A model generated the notes under the pieces. The model had not been told where the DNA came from. It made no database searches and saw nothing but the letters and a program-made list of their open reading frames with translations. Below are positions 13,054-26,099 of a DNA stretch of 64,000 nt, one piece after another. A program made the translations under genes and the position numbers. Source of the DNA: Narcine bancroftii (taxonomy: Eukaryota); NCBI RefSeq assembly GCF_036971445.1, contig NC_091476.1, positions 133,548,001 to 133,612,000 of the forward strand, in the 5' to 3' direction. Numbering within the stretch: the stretch's first letter is position 1; each line of letters starts with the position of its first letter.

Positions 13054-13849
13054 GTCCAAATGATTTACTTAAATCTGTCATCTTGAGTGAGAAGCTACAG
13101 ATGCTCCCAGCATATGAGAATCTGGCATGTGAGCAATATGTCAGTTGTGCTTCAGTAGTTTAGAAGTGTGAGGGTTTGCATCAAGGTTTCAACATGTAGC
13201 AATTTTAAAGAAAAATGTGAACAGACCAGTTAGGATAGTGAGGGAAATCCCAGCTGAAACAGATTGTGTTTAGTTGAGGCCCCAAATAAGTGACCACTAT
13301 GTGCTTAAAGATGAGTTTCAGTGCATCTTGGCATACTGGGTTGAATAAAAGTAACGTATTCATATGTTTGAGAGTGGCTATATTTTCCAACTTCTGCTCA
13401 AGGAGGTGCTCGTTAAGGCATAATGAAACTCCAGCTTTAATTTCTGCAGATGCTGTCAAGCTAACTCCATGTCACTCACCATTCTGATGTGGACTAAGAC
13501 TTTTTTCTTAGTTGGCGTTGCTCAAAATCCCTGGTGTTGTCACGTTGGTCTAAAAAATGACCTAGTCCCATTTCATAATCTTAAGATGTCATGAGTTTTT
13601 GTCTCATCTTCAATTCCAGATCCTTAGATCTGTTTAAAATAAAAGTTAGATGTTTGCTATTGTTTATGGTCAGGATTCTAGTTTTATCTATGCCTTAAGA
13701 ATTCTATCACTCTAAGAAGAGTAGAGGAAAGAGGCAAATTGCAAAACAATAGAGATTTAGATTAAGTAGATATAATTTTTAACAAGTTCTTTTGCAAAGA
13801 TATGCTGGAAGACTAAATCAAATGGCTCTAATCTTATCTGCAAACTGCG

Positions 13850-14620
13850 ATAGAGTCATACAACACAGAGAGGCCCCTCAGCTCAACTCTGGGCTAATCC
13901 CATTTGCCTCTATTTAGGCTCTATTCTTCAAACTCCTTCTCATCCACATATTTACCAAAATGTCTTTGGGATATTGAAAGTGGACCTGCTTTTTTAGGTT
14001 CTTCTGGCAGCTCATTCCTGGTATGCCTTACCGTTCGCTTAAAAAAAAAGTTTCCCCTCAGGTCCCTTTTAAATTTCTCCCCACTCAGCTCAAACCATTG
14101 CCCTTGAGTTTGAGAATCTTAGGAGAAAGAATGACCGTTTACTTTATCCCCTGCTCCATGATTCTATGTTCCTTTTATCAAGTCATCCCTCAGCTTCCTA
14201 CATTTGATGGAATAAAGTCACAGCTTATACATCCTCTCTCTTTTACTCAAGTCTTGGTAGCTTCCTGGTAAATCTCTTCTGCAGCTTTTCCAATTTAATG
14301 ACATTATTCCTGTAGGTGGATGACCAAAACTGCACTGTGCTCCAAGTGTGTGGTAACAAATATTTTTACAAACTACATCATAATGTTCCAACCTTTGTAC
14401 TGGATACCCTGTCCAATGAAGGCAAGCACGCCAATAACTTGTTCAGTACCCTTTCCACCTGCGTCATCACTTTCAGGGAACTGTTCACCTTTATTCTTCG
14501 GTTTCTCACCTCTATAACACTCTCCAGTCTGGCTGGTTTAACTTGTGTGCAACACCTCATTCTTGTCAGAGTTAAGTTATATTTTGACATTCCTTGGCTC
14601 ACCTTCTTATAGATATTCTT
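13850..14620 (-). mobile_element. CR1-like LINE 3' fragment, decayed
   Basis: Minus strand resembles CR1 ORF2 end (YKxLxRPxLEYxVQFW, LxDLIxxxKI) and 3' tail; boundaries approximate. Confidence 0.6.
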
Positions 14621-14759
14621 GTTCATAATTTGTGCTCTAATTTTTTGAGATAATTTCCTTTGATTTCATGAGTATTGTGTAAAATATAGTTTAAAGTTGT
14701 ACACAAGTTGAATAAATTTTTAAAGCTATTCCTTCAAATATCTTGATTTTATTTTTCAG

Positions 14760-15250
14760 ATTCCTTTCTTATCACTGAATTTCAACGCGAGCAACTCTGA
14801 CTCTGAGAATGATAGGTTTGACAAATTGACCCAAGGTCATGGATCAAACATGTTATCAGGAGGACATACTTCTGATTCAGAATCAGGCTCCAGTTTGAGG
14901 GAAGACCAACAACATTTAGTAGGTCCATGCAACTCTGAAAATGATAGGTTTGACAAATTGACCCAAGGTCATGGATCAAACATGTTATCAGGAGGACATA
15001 CTTCTGATTCAGAATCAGGCTCCAGTTTGAGGGAAGACCAACAACATTTAGTAGGTCCATGCATCTCTATTAATCAAGAAAAAGGTCCACCTGAAATTGG
15101 TACAAGACCTCTCGGTACAGATTCTGGCAAAGATGGTTCTATACCTTCTACAGGTACTGGGTCAATGGGATCATCGTCTACCACTGATCCTGGAAAGGAC
15201 ATGAACTCCGTCTCTCTATTCTCTGAAGCACATCAATTACCTTTTGAAAG
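14760..15250 (+). CDS. TTC3: TTC3-like large Ser/Gly-rich exon with internal 44-aa duplication
   Basis: tttttcAG acceptor, GTAAGG donor, 491 nt open; phase 0/2. Confidence 0.78.
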
Positions 15251-16070
15251 GTAAGGTATCCAAAATGTTTTTAAGAATTCCTTGCCATCTCTGGTGTCCT
15301 GATTTTTAACTGATGTTGCAGAATTATCCTTTTGTAAGGGAGGGTGTTGAAATTTTGGAATCTGATAAGTTGAAGTCAATGGGAACCACTGCAGGAGAGA
15401 TGGAACCAGATGAGGAGGGGAGCTGGTGGGTTGAATGTGCATACAGAAGTGGATGAAACCAGAAGGAAGAAAGCAATGAAAATGAATCGGGACTGGGATT
15501 TGGATATAGGTTGTGGCAAAGGGAGCAAAAAAGATGGGATGTTGAAAAGGTGGGCATGTGTGCTTCCACCAGTCCATGACTGATCCTGTCATATTGAATA
15601 GAGTTGAGGGCAGGAGTGACTTGTTTGTTATCCACATACAGAGATGTGAAATTTCTTTGCAACAATTTAAATGAAACCCAGAAATTTCCTTCAGTAATAA
15701 ATCACAGATGCTGTAGAAGTCAGGAAAATGTGACAATTCTGGAAATAATCAGCAGGTCAGACAGCAGAAATGGAGAGAGAAATAAAGTTATCATGTCTGG
15801 TCAGGGTCCTTAGATTTGTTCCTTCAAATAATTGTAATATGAAGTTTATATTATATATGATGAGAAATCTCTGCTTCTCATTATGCTTTAACATGAATCT
15901 GAGAGTCTTAAAATAAGATTTATCTATTAAATTGTAACTCTCAAGTGCATTTTTATATCACCAGCTTTTGTAATTAAAAAAAATTTACTTTTAGTGAATT
16001 GTGGCTCCCTGAATCATGATGATCCATTGAAATAATTTTGATTTGTAACAAGCATTTACGTTTATTGCAG

Positions 16071-16182
16071 TGGTATAATACTTAAGGCAACGGAACAAGT
16101 AAATAGTGAGAACAAGCAACCTAGATCTTGTAGCATCAACACAGAACAGCAAGAAGAACAAAAATTGGAAATGAGTACCAAG
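16071..16182 (+). CDS. TTC3: TTC3-like exon (GIILKATEQVNSENKQPRSCS...MSTK)
   Basis: tgcAG / GTAAGA; phase 2/0. Confidence 0.75.
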
Positions 16183-19100
16183 GTAAGAACAGCCTGGACT
16201 GATGGTTGAGATTTAGGAGTTTGAATCCCACCATGCTCGCTGATGAATTAATTCAAGCAATTAAATATATGTGGTAGAAAAAAATTGTGTTGATAATGCA
16301 GAAAAATAAACAGATTTTGATCTGGTTCCATTATGTCCTTCAGTGAAGCAAATCTGCAAATATTACTGAAAAATGAGCTGAGGAGGAATCTGATTAGGGG
16401 TAAAAGACAGAAAAAGGCTTGGTTGGGCCCTTGCAAGTTACTCGAACAACACCTCTTAATATGTAAGTATTGGATTTTAAAAGGCTTCCAGATTGACAGG
16501 TGAATATGCTTGAGGGTTATGCATCATGTGTTATGAGCAGAGATGAAGTCCAATTTGGCATCAAGCTTTGCACAGACCGAGGGGGCCAAAGGACTTATTA
16601 TTGTGCTGCACCGAATACAACATAGTCTGCTACAATTTATTACTTTTTAGGACATTAAAAAAAAAATCCCACTGCTGAGGTTATTGTAAATACTCGAGAT
16701 GTAATTTCTAACTGTGGAGTTTGTAATCAACTTCTTAAACTCCATTCACTTTCTTCATATTAAGAGGTGTTGTTCTATGAACTTGCAATGGTCCAAACCA
16801 ATCCTATTCCAGGCACCAACCATTCTCTTTTTTAAAAAATACTTGTGTAGCACATCTCCTTTAAACTTCAACTCCCCTCCCATTCTATCTTAAGTGCATG
16901 TCCGCTAGTATTTGGGATTTTCACTTGAGGGAAAAAGATCGACTGTCTACTTTCTTTGCCTTTACCACTGACATTTTATCTTTCAACTGATTATTTGATT
17001 TACCAGTGTATATTAACCACTTCTGGAACACCTGCAAATTGTTCTCATTTTATAGAATGTCTGTTACCAGGAAATCAAGAATTTATTGTCCATCGTAATT
17101 CCCCTTAAAATGATTGTTGAATCACTGCACACCTGCTGTAGTGACCTAGTTCCCATGAGTGCTGTTAGGTTGGAAGGATCAGAGTTTTGATCAAATGATA
17201 TAAGAATATACCTGAATGTGAGGAAACAAAAATGGGTGTTTCTCCTCTTTGGAAATGTTACCACACAGAAATAAAAAAATAATAAACTGAATAATGATGG
17301 CTGGCTGTTCAGGTTGCTGCCATTGAAGGCCTCGGGTGCAGAGTGTTGCATGATCAAGCAAAAAGAGGGGGACAGCAGCTTCTGTTGCATCCAAAAGGAG
17401 GTGATGAATTCAGTAGTTGTGGAAGAAATTACATTGCCCACATTATCTGTGTCTCTACATCTCAATGAGTGAAAGTTGTAAGTAGGAATGTCTGAAATGA
17501 AAGCTGGTGGCAGAGAGCCTCAACCACATTTAAAGAATATCTGGAGGAGCCATGGATGACCAGTGAAACTGGGATAAGCAAAAGTCAATTTATAGCCAGT
17601 ATGGACTCAATGGACTGAATGGTTGTCGCCTGTGCTATTTCTATGATTTTTACAGACAATTACAAATCTGATTTCAAGTGAACCGGTACGGACTTGAAGG
17701 GCCGACATGGCCTGTTTCCGTGCTGTAAACGGTTATATGGTGCATAATTGTAAATAATTTCCAATTGTTGCTAATAGATGGACTTTAAACCACCAGGAGC
17801 TATCATTCATTTACAGCAACAATAATTTCAATTGCATTATTCTTGAGATTAATCTGAATAAGAAAGCTTAGTTCATTATAAAGATATTATTCACGATGTT
17901 GAAATTTAGCATACTTACAGAAAGTGTAGAGCAAATTCTTCATTCATCTTTGAAACTTGGAGTGGATGATATAATGAACTCCACATACACCCAGACAATA
18001 TAAAGACAAGATGCAAGTTCAAAAAAATGCATATTTGGAAAATGCATTTGAAATGATGCCAATTATTTTTCTCCCTTGTTAGAGGAAAGCTTCATATCAA
18101 ATCAAAGTTTCAAAAAAAAAATTATGGCATAAGCTTACCCTAAAAAGAAGCCTTTCTCAATATTACTTTTTTATCTTGATTTTTAAAAAAAATTTAATTG
18201 CTTGACCATAGATTTTTTTTCCCCATTGACATTGAAGGACAAAATTGTGTGCTGATAAATAAACTCCTTATATTGCTTTATATGCTGGTCCTGGAGTTGG
18301 TTTATTAGTGATTGTTAAGTTTATTACAGTCTCCAGGGAGGGGGAAGCCATTTAACCAAGAAAAGAATGAGACACAGCAATTTGCAGTTTGTCAAACAGA
18401 AAGTGAAGGAAAACATACCATCTGGGTGGTCTGTCAACACACAGTGGAGGTGCTTTATCATTCTTCCATTGATCAGTGTTGAGGTGTTGGAATTTTGTGA
18501 AAATGAATATGGCTTCATGTTTTCTCTCATTTTTATTTTCCTTTTATGGCAAATAGTAACAATAACGCAAATAAAGTCATTTGGTTACATATTTCAGGAA
18601 ACTGGATAGATTTCAGTTAGGACGGGTATTGTAATAAAATGTATTGTTTAGAATTGCAGGATTGTTGGACTTGTTTTCCACTTTTGAACAGGTTGGTCAA
18701 ATTTTTCTTGACCTGTTCAGATTCAATTAGTGATGTCTGTTCTGGGTAGAGAACTAAATTGACTATCAGTTTGTTGGAAATTTGAATCAGAACTTTTTTT
18801 AAAAAATAGATTGTTTGCTAATTTAACAGAACATTATCATTTCTGATATCCCCAACTTATTCTTTGGAGTGGCTTCTGTGTTTCAGATTCTTGGACTGGG
18901 ATAAAGCAATTATTTGAAATAATTATCCATCAGATTAAGCTTTCTTGTTTCAATTTTTCTGAAATGAAACAAAATTATTTTTTAAATAGAATTGTTCTAA
19001 TTTCTTTTCTAGAAAGACAAATTGCTATAGTTATTGAATATTGGACTAAATACACAATATAATTCAATGATATTAGAGATTAGTTTGTAATTTAAATTGT

Positions 19101-19482
19101 GGTGTTTTGCAATCCTCCTGCAAGAATAGTTTATAGTGGGGAGCTATTGATAATTATTACAGTGGGATATCTAAAGGCAATTTTTAAAAGCTTTATCGTC
19201 CTTATCCAGTGGGCTCAACAAACAGGAGAATAATCCTCTGACCTCTGATTATTTACAAGGTTATCTTAAATACCTCAAAATTATCCTCTAAGGTCACTTA
19301 TTTTGAACTTAATTCATCAACTGATCTTGATGTTTGTTTGATTTGAATCATGCCTTCTGTGGCATTAATGATAATGTAGAACAGCAATTTTGAAGACAAA
19401 GGGAAACCGGAATAATCTCATTGTAAGACCAGATCTACTTTTTAATAATTATAAATTACTGATGAATTTCTTTGTATTGCAG

Positions 19483-19602
19483 GTGGAAGAAAGGTTGCTG
19501 AAATGCAAGTTGAAAGAAGCTTCTGAGGCACTGATGGTGTCTAATTTTAGGAATGCTCAGGAAAACTATTTGTATGCCCTTAAATTGATCAAAGAAAAGA
19601 AA
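19483..19602 (+). CDS. TTC3: TTC3-like exon (VEERLLKCKLKEASEALMVSNFRNAQENYLYALKLIKEKK)
   Basis: tgcAG / GTAAGT; TPR-like helix; phase 0/0. Confidence 0.85.
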
Positions 19603-20224
19603 GTAAGTTTCACTGTTAGAAAATTTAAATTATATCATGTCAGATGAACCTTTATCATCCTCATCATTAGTTTAAAAACCTGGGAAAAGAACTTGGTTTC
19701 CAATTTGCATTTAGTTTTTGAAAAAAAGTACAACTCTGATTATCCAAAGTGGTTGGAACCGGGCATATGTCAGATAAATGCTTTTTCGGAGCACTGGTCA
19801 ATTTTTAAAAACAGCCCAGTAGGAACAGAAAATCATTTGTATCAATCTTTAGACAACAACAAACAGCATGGGAAGGCTTTTAAAGCATTAAAATAATGTT
19901 TAATTTTCACCAAAAAAATGCTGGTTGCTGCCAATCACTGAGACCTCCCAACCACAGCTGATTCCTGACACATATGCACCACTGCTGCTGATCCCTGGAG
20001 AGGCTTCCTGGACTAGTGAAACACTCACTGGCGAGTCAGAGGGCTACTGTCTCCTCATTCACTGGAACTCCTGACTCCAAATCCTCCCCTGCTAGGCCTA
20101 CCACACATATATAAACACCAGGGAGTCCAATGTGCGGTAGTAGGCCGAGGTGAGGGTTCAGAGTTGGCATCAGGGAGCTCCGCTGTGCCAGGGGAGGTGA
20201 GGAAACGCCACTGAGCCCGAAGGC

Positions 20225-20503
20225 CCACATATTTTCATCTTCCCATCCTCGCGTGATACTTCACTCTCCACATATTTCCATCTTCCCATCCTCGTGTGAT
20301 ACTTCACTCTCCTCCACATATTTCCATCTTCCCATCCTCGCGTGATACTTCACTCTCCTCCACATATTTCCATCTTCCCATCCTCGCGTGATACTTCACT
20401 CTTCTCCACATATTTCCATCTTCCCATCCTCGCGTGATACTTCACTCTCCTCCACATATTTCTATCTTCCCATCCTCGCGTGATTCTTCACTCTCCTCCA
20501 CAC
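20225..20503. repeat. 46-bp minisatellite, about 6 copies
   Basis: Unit CCACATATTTCCATCTTCCCATCCTCGCGTGATACTTCACTCTCCT seen directly. Confidence 0.95.
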
Positions 20504-20929
20504 TTCCAGCTGCCCATTCTTACTCCCTTATCTGATTCTACATATCACTTACTAGCCTGTGTCTCCACACTTCCCGTCCCCTCTTCCATCTGCCTATTTT
20601 TTTTCCTTATCAGTTTCCACTCATCATCTATGAGGCTTTCTTGACACTCGCCTCTCGTATCAAATGTGGGTTCATCATTCCACCCCTTACCTGGTTCCAC
20701 ATCTCTCCTACCAGACTCTGCCCTGACACTTGTATATGCTGGTTAACTTCTACACTCCCATTCCTACTGTGGATTTTGACCAGACATGTTGACAAATTTT
20801 CACTTGTACCAATGTATCTTGACCTACTGAGTTGTTCTACCTTTTTTTTGCTTCACCTTCCAGCATATGCAATCTCTTGTCGGATAGATGTTAGATTATT
20901 CATTAATTGCATTTGATTTTCCATTATAG

Positions 20930-21016
20930 GTATATAACTTGACCACTATGGAGTACATACTCATTGAATATGCCTGTGGATCGGCCTTTTTAGGAAATAC
21001 CTGTAATTTAATTCAG
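20930..21016 (+). CDS. TTC3: TTC3-like exon (VYNLTTMEYILIEYACGSAFLGNTCNLIQ)
   Basis: AG/GTATGG; resembles 'LNLAMINYVLVVYGLAISLLG'; phase 0/0. Confidence 0.85.
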
Positions 21017-21823
21017 GTATGGACATTTATTCTGTGCTGTAAGTGGCATGGTCTAGACTTTAAATCCTTTGGCTAGAAATTAAACAAGCTAAAATTTGAT
21101 TTTCTTTGATGTCAAACTTTACCTGGAACCCCATTTTAGTAGCCTGCCAGAGGGAGGTGCCAATCACATAGGAGGAGGAATGGATAAAACTGGTGACAAA
21201 AAAAAATGCTGTTTCTTTGCAAACAGATTTGAATTTTGGATTGAACAGTAATTCAGAGAGTGAAGCAAAACTCCTCTACTATTTAAATTTCAACTTGATA
21301 TTGGGGCACTTGGATTCACCCGTCAGGCCCCATATCTCCTTATGTGCTTCATATAATTTTTGTTTACTATTTCTGCAGTGAAAAGTTCTGGTGTTTGTGA
21401 TGCAATTTAAGGTGTCAAATTAATACATACTGTTCTAAATTAGATTGCTGGATAACACTGGGGAATGGAGGTGTTTCCACAATAAATTACTATTTAATTT
21501 GTTAATTATGTTATTGGATTATTTGGCAAGATTTATTTCAATGAGTTGGGTCCTATGTTCATTTTATTTCTCATTTTTACTTATGACCATTTAGAAATAA
21601 AATGCTCAGTTTACTTGGCAAGGCAATAAGATAGTTGGAATTGCTGCTTTGATAAATAGTTTTAGTAAATTATGAGATAAACCTAAATTTTAAATCAGCA
21701 TTCAAGAAGGTATGGTAAATAAAATATTGGAGGTTAAACTATGTTGCTTTCTTTTGATAAAGAATATGATACGAACTTGAAGGCTAGGCATGAGTTATTT
21801 CCAAATTTTATTGATGCTCTTAG

Positions 21824-21945
21824 GACCTTTTAGAGGCTGAGCAACACTTCAAGAAAATTATTGAAGAATTTCAAGATGAAGATTCTAGTCACTTCAACTG
21901 TCTCTCATTTTATGGTTTAAGCCGGGTTCACCTCAGATGGAACAG
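21824..21945 (+). CDS. TTC3: TTC3-like exon (DLLEAEQHFKKIIEEFQDEDSSHFNCLSFYGLSRVHLRWNR)
   Basis: Resembles 'LSEAENQFKRIIEHYP..LDCLAYCGIGKVYLKKNR'; phase 0/2. Confidence 0.9.
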
Positions 21946-22009
21946 GTACATGCTTTTATCATGTAAAATAATCATTTTGTTGAGTTGAAGCTGATTGTTT
22001 CTAAATTTA

Positions 22010-22215
22010 AATTTGAATGTCCAGCACAGTTGCAGGCCCATTCGGCCCATGAACCTGAGGCATTTCCCCCCCCCCATACACCAATTAACCTGCACTCCTC
22101 TACGTTTGTTGAAGGGTGGAGGAAACCCGTACAGGTCATGGGGAGAACATACAAACAGTCAGCTTCAGATTTGAACCCGGATTGCTGGCATTGTAAAAGT
22201 ATTGTGCTAACTAAT
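22010..22215 (-). mobile_element. tRNA-derived SINE fragment
   Basis: Minus strand has a B-box (GGTTCAAATC) and the GTTTGTATGTTCTCCCC..GGGTTTCCTCC core shared with 56798-56925. Confidence 0.65.
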
Positions 22216-23081
22216 TCATTTATCTATTTTATCTTTGGCTACCCTTGTTATGCTATGGATATATTCAAGTTTTGACTGCGAATGCAAGCAAATTTTAAAA
22301 TTTGGGTCTTGTAGTTTTCATTTCCAAATATGTCATAAAAGATATTCATAGCTCTTGGTGATTAACACATAGTAACACTGGTTTTCTGATGGTATTTGAA
22401 TATCATATTATTGAATATTATTATTGATGTTGATTTTTCTTTGAATATATTTATTTTAATTCTGCAAAGTAAATTTCCTGATCAACGACATGCTCAAAAG
22501 TTCCTTTGTAATGGAAACCTCATAATTGGGTATTGGGTAATTAGGTAAGCATAGAATTTATGAAATGTATAACAAAGACATTGTTTATGTATTTCCAAAT
22601 GCATAGTCAAATCTAGGGTGTTTTGAACTGTTAATAGGAATCCCTGTTAATCATACTATCTTTGCACCTGAAGAATGGACAATCTGGTCAGTCCAGACCA
22701 AAAATAAAGGTTTCATTTTCTTTCCATGTAACCTTAATTGGAGAAGTTTCACTCCCAGTGAAAGCAGGCATCAGTGATTAAATTCACTATTATGTCCGGT
22801 GCGCCCTCTTAATCTGCATTTGGCTCTGGAAATGCTTGATTATGATCTGACGGCTGCATACTATATACTTGGGTGTCCCAAACAACCAATGATTGGCACC
22901 TTTCAGTCGTTCCAATGCACTTGCTGCGTACTCCTCCTAATCCATTAGCTTGCATATTCTTCCAGCATCTAAATCCTCTCCAAGACTAATGTGCCCAGCA
23001 CATTCATGCAACTGCTGGCACAAGTCATATTATCTGCATACCTGACACCTTCCTCATCAACAATCATTTAGCTCAACTGCA

Positions 23082-23530
23082 CTGCGCTGGATGGGTCACG
23101 TCTCCAGAATGGAGGACCATCGCCTTCCCAAGATCGTATTATATGGCGAGCTCTCCACTGGCCACCGTGACAGAGGTGCACCAAAGAAAAGGTACAAGGA
23201 CTGCCTAAAGAAATCTCTTGGTGCCTGCCACATTGACCACCGCCAGTGGGCTGATAACGCCTCAAACCGTGCATCTTGGCGCCTCACAGTTTGGCGGGCA
23301 GCAGCCTCCTTTGAAGAAGACCGCAGAGCCCACCTCACTGACAAAAGGCAAAGGAGGAAAAACCCAACACCCAACCCCAACCAACCAATTTTCCCTTGCA
23401 ACCGCTGCAATCGTGTCTGCCTGTCCCGCATCGGACTGGTCAGCCACAAACGAGCCTGCAGCTGACGTGGACTTTTTACCCCCTCCATAAATCTTCGTCC
23501 GCGAAGCCAAGCCAAAGAAAAGAAAAAAAG
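23082..23530 (+). mobile_element. RTE LINE 3' fragment (same family)
   Basis: Near identical to ~2336-2770; A-rich tail. Confidence 0.95.
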
Positions 23531-24561
23531 AGATATATTTGTGAATCCTAGACAGTTCTTATCAGCCAGAAATTTGGATCTGCTAATCAAGTGCACATTG
23601 CTGTGATTCAGTGGACTGGGTACACTCAGCAATAGCCAAAAGGTAAATCTGGAACCCGCTGTAAAATCTGAAGCCTCTGTCATGTTTCTCACTCATTGGA
23701 AAACAGCTGAGATCACAGAACTGTGGAATCAAGTTGACTTCATTGGTAGAAGAACTCATGATTTTTAATTAATCTTTACAACAACATCCTGACCATTCTG
23801 AGCTTCATTATGACAAGAAATTGCAGGGAGGCTAGAAAAAACGACACTTGCTGCTTGAAAATGTGTAATGTCTTTAATTCCTCTTTTTAATCTTTGGGCA
23901 TTGGAGAGTCAAGATGGAGGAAAAATACCCAAGAAAGCATTGAGCACTTGTGTGTGGTGTGCAGAATGTGGAAAGAGATTACGACATCTCAAGAAATCCA
24001 CCATCTTTTTGAGTATCAGTAAATTCTTCTGGGCCTGAACTCTTGAGTCTGAACCCACAAAGACCTCATCAGCCACCTCAAAATTCACACAACAGCAAGA
24101 AGCAAGTGGTCCTCAATTTCTTCAGACTACCCAAGAGGAACATTTATTGAACCTTGTGTAAAATCAACTGCTCGAGCACCCACAATGTGAAGCTTGTTTC
24201 TGCTTCAATCTCAGAAGTCCAATTTATTCCAAATCTCAGCTGTTTTCCAATGAGTGGGAAACGTGACAGAGGCTTCAGATTTTACAGCGGGTTCCAGATT
24301 TACCTTTTGGCTATTGCTGAGTGTACCCAGTCCACTGAATCACAGCAATTTGCACGTGATTAGCAGATCCAAATTTCTGCCTGATTCATCTGTTTGGTTC
24401 TTCATTGTCAGGTATCAACAAAAAGCTTACCAAAATGTAGCTTTCGTTGATTTTAGGATGATATAGAAATATGAGATGTAGTCTGGTGTTATTAGTTTTG
24501 TTATATAAAAATAATAAGGATGTTTCTACTTTGTCAATTTAAAGTTGCATTTTATTTGCAG

Positions 24562-24688
24562 ATACAAAGAAGCAAGGTCGTCTATAGAGAAGTCATTGAA
24601 GCTGGTTGAAAATAATTTAGTTCCAAGCTTTCAGACTTGGCCAGGAACAGATACAATAATTGAAGAAACCAGAGATGGTGTTCTGAAA
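24562..24688 (+). CDS. TTC3: TTC3-like exon (YKEARSSIEKSLKLVENNLVPSFQTWPGTDTIIEETRDGVLK)
   Basis: Contains the TWP..xxIIEE motif of TTC3; phase 2/0. Confidence 0.9.
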
Positions 24689-26099
24689 GTAAGGGATGAC
24701 AATGCGGGCTTGTCAAGCTCCTCGATCATTTGTTCTGAAACTATCCTGAGTCTCTAAGCTGTTGAATGAGTACATTCAATAAGTGAACAATTCAGACGCA
24801 TTCCTTTCTTAAAATGACTTGTAAATGCTGAATGAAATTGAATTTTTAAATGTTCCTAGTAATAGGATGCACAAAGTGTTCCTGTATGTAAACTGAGGTG
24901 AGAAAAAATTTTCTAGATAATGGATAATTTGAGGAGAATTACTGAGAAAAGTACAAAGTTGGAATGATATTTAATATATTTGGGGTGGTTACATTGTTCA
25001 CCAATGTTTACACAGGCGACACAAAGAAATTCCTAAAATATTTAAATGGTTAGAATTTCTGGGAAACTACTTTTGATATACTGGTTTACAAAGCATCTCT
25101 GAAATAAAACAACTTATGCTCTCTTGTTGATCTACGATTCTGAAGCAGAAAATTTCCTTTGGAAAAAAAAGTATCTGGGAGAGTGAGATGTTAATTCAGC
25201 TAGGCATGATATCAATAAAAATGAACATTTATATTTGGCCTTCTGGGGAATTAAAATGGAATTGAATTGTTTTGTCACATGTATTGAAATATAGTACAAA
25301 GCTTTGTTTTGCATGCTATTTAAGCATCCAACTCATGCATCAGTTAGTGCAATAACAAATAAAACAATGGTATAGGAAGTAACAGTATTCGCATAGTGCA
25401 ACTTATGGAGAAATATATAAAAACATAGTGCAGGGATCAGAAAAAATATCATAAAAATATATGCAAGTGCTTTTTTTTTGCCAGTCAGATTCTTTCAAGA
25501 GACTGAGAACAGTAGGAAAGAAACTGAATCTAGAGTTATTGTTCAAAGTCGAGTTCCTGGAAGGTAATATTTGCTATAAGCATGGAGGTGGAAGAAACGG
25601 GTGTTTGCAGATCAGTATAAAGGAGCTAATGGAATATTCACAATAAAAGTAGGTTGTACCTAGTCACTTTAGACTTATGTTTGTATTGATAGGCACCTAA
25701 TCCTTCTCGTGCCAAGGGAGAACCTGGCTAGTGATCAGAACCCCAAGGACCCTGAGACCAATTATAATGACCTGCTTATTTCCAAGAATAGCCACTTCAA
25801 TTTTCTTTTTGGGATTTCAAATACTTTTGGCCAGAATTTTGTGAACAGAGGAGAATTCAGATGATTAGGAAAGTTAATAAACTGAAGCTGTTTAAGCATC
25901 TAGTATTCTAGTTGCATGTAATTCAAGACCCTATGGTTAAGAATTATGACTAGATTTCTCTTCAATAGACTACTACAGAATGGGCGTGCTTGAGCAGGAC
26001 TCGAAAATTATCAGTTGCTCAGGCCTACTTTGTGGCACAAATTCCTTGATCAAGATTAATTGACTCCTGTCCATAGACTGTTTACTCAAGCTACATTTG

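Noticed and set aside
23096-23692. 198-aa minus-strand ORF
   Set aside because: Chance join of an inverted-repeat arm and antisense RTE sequence
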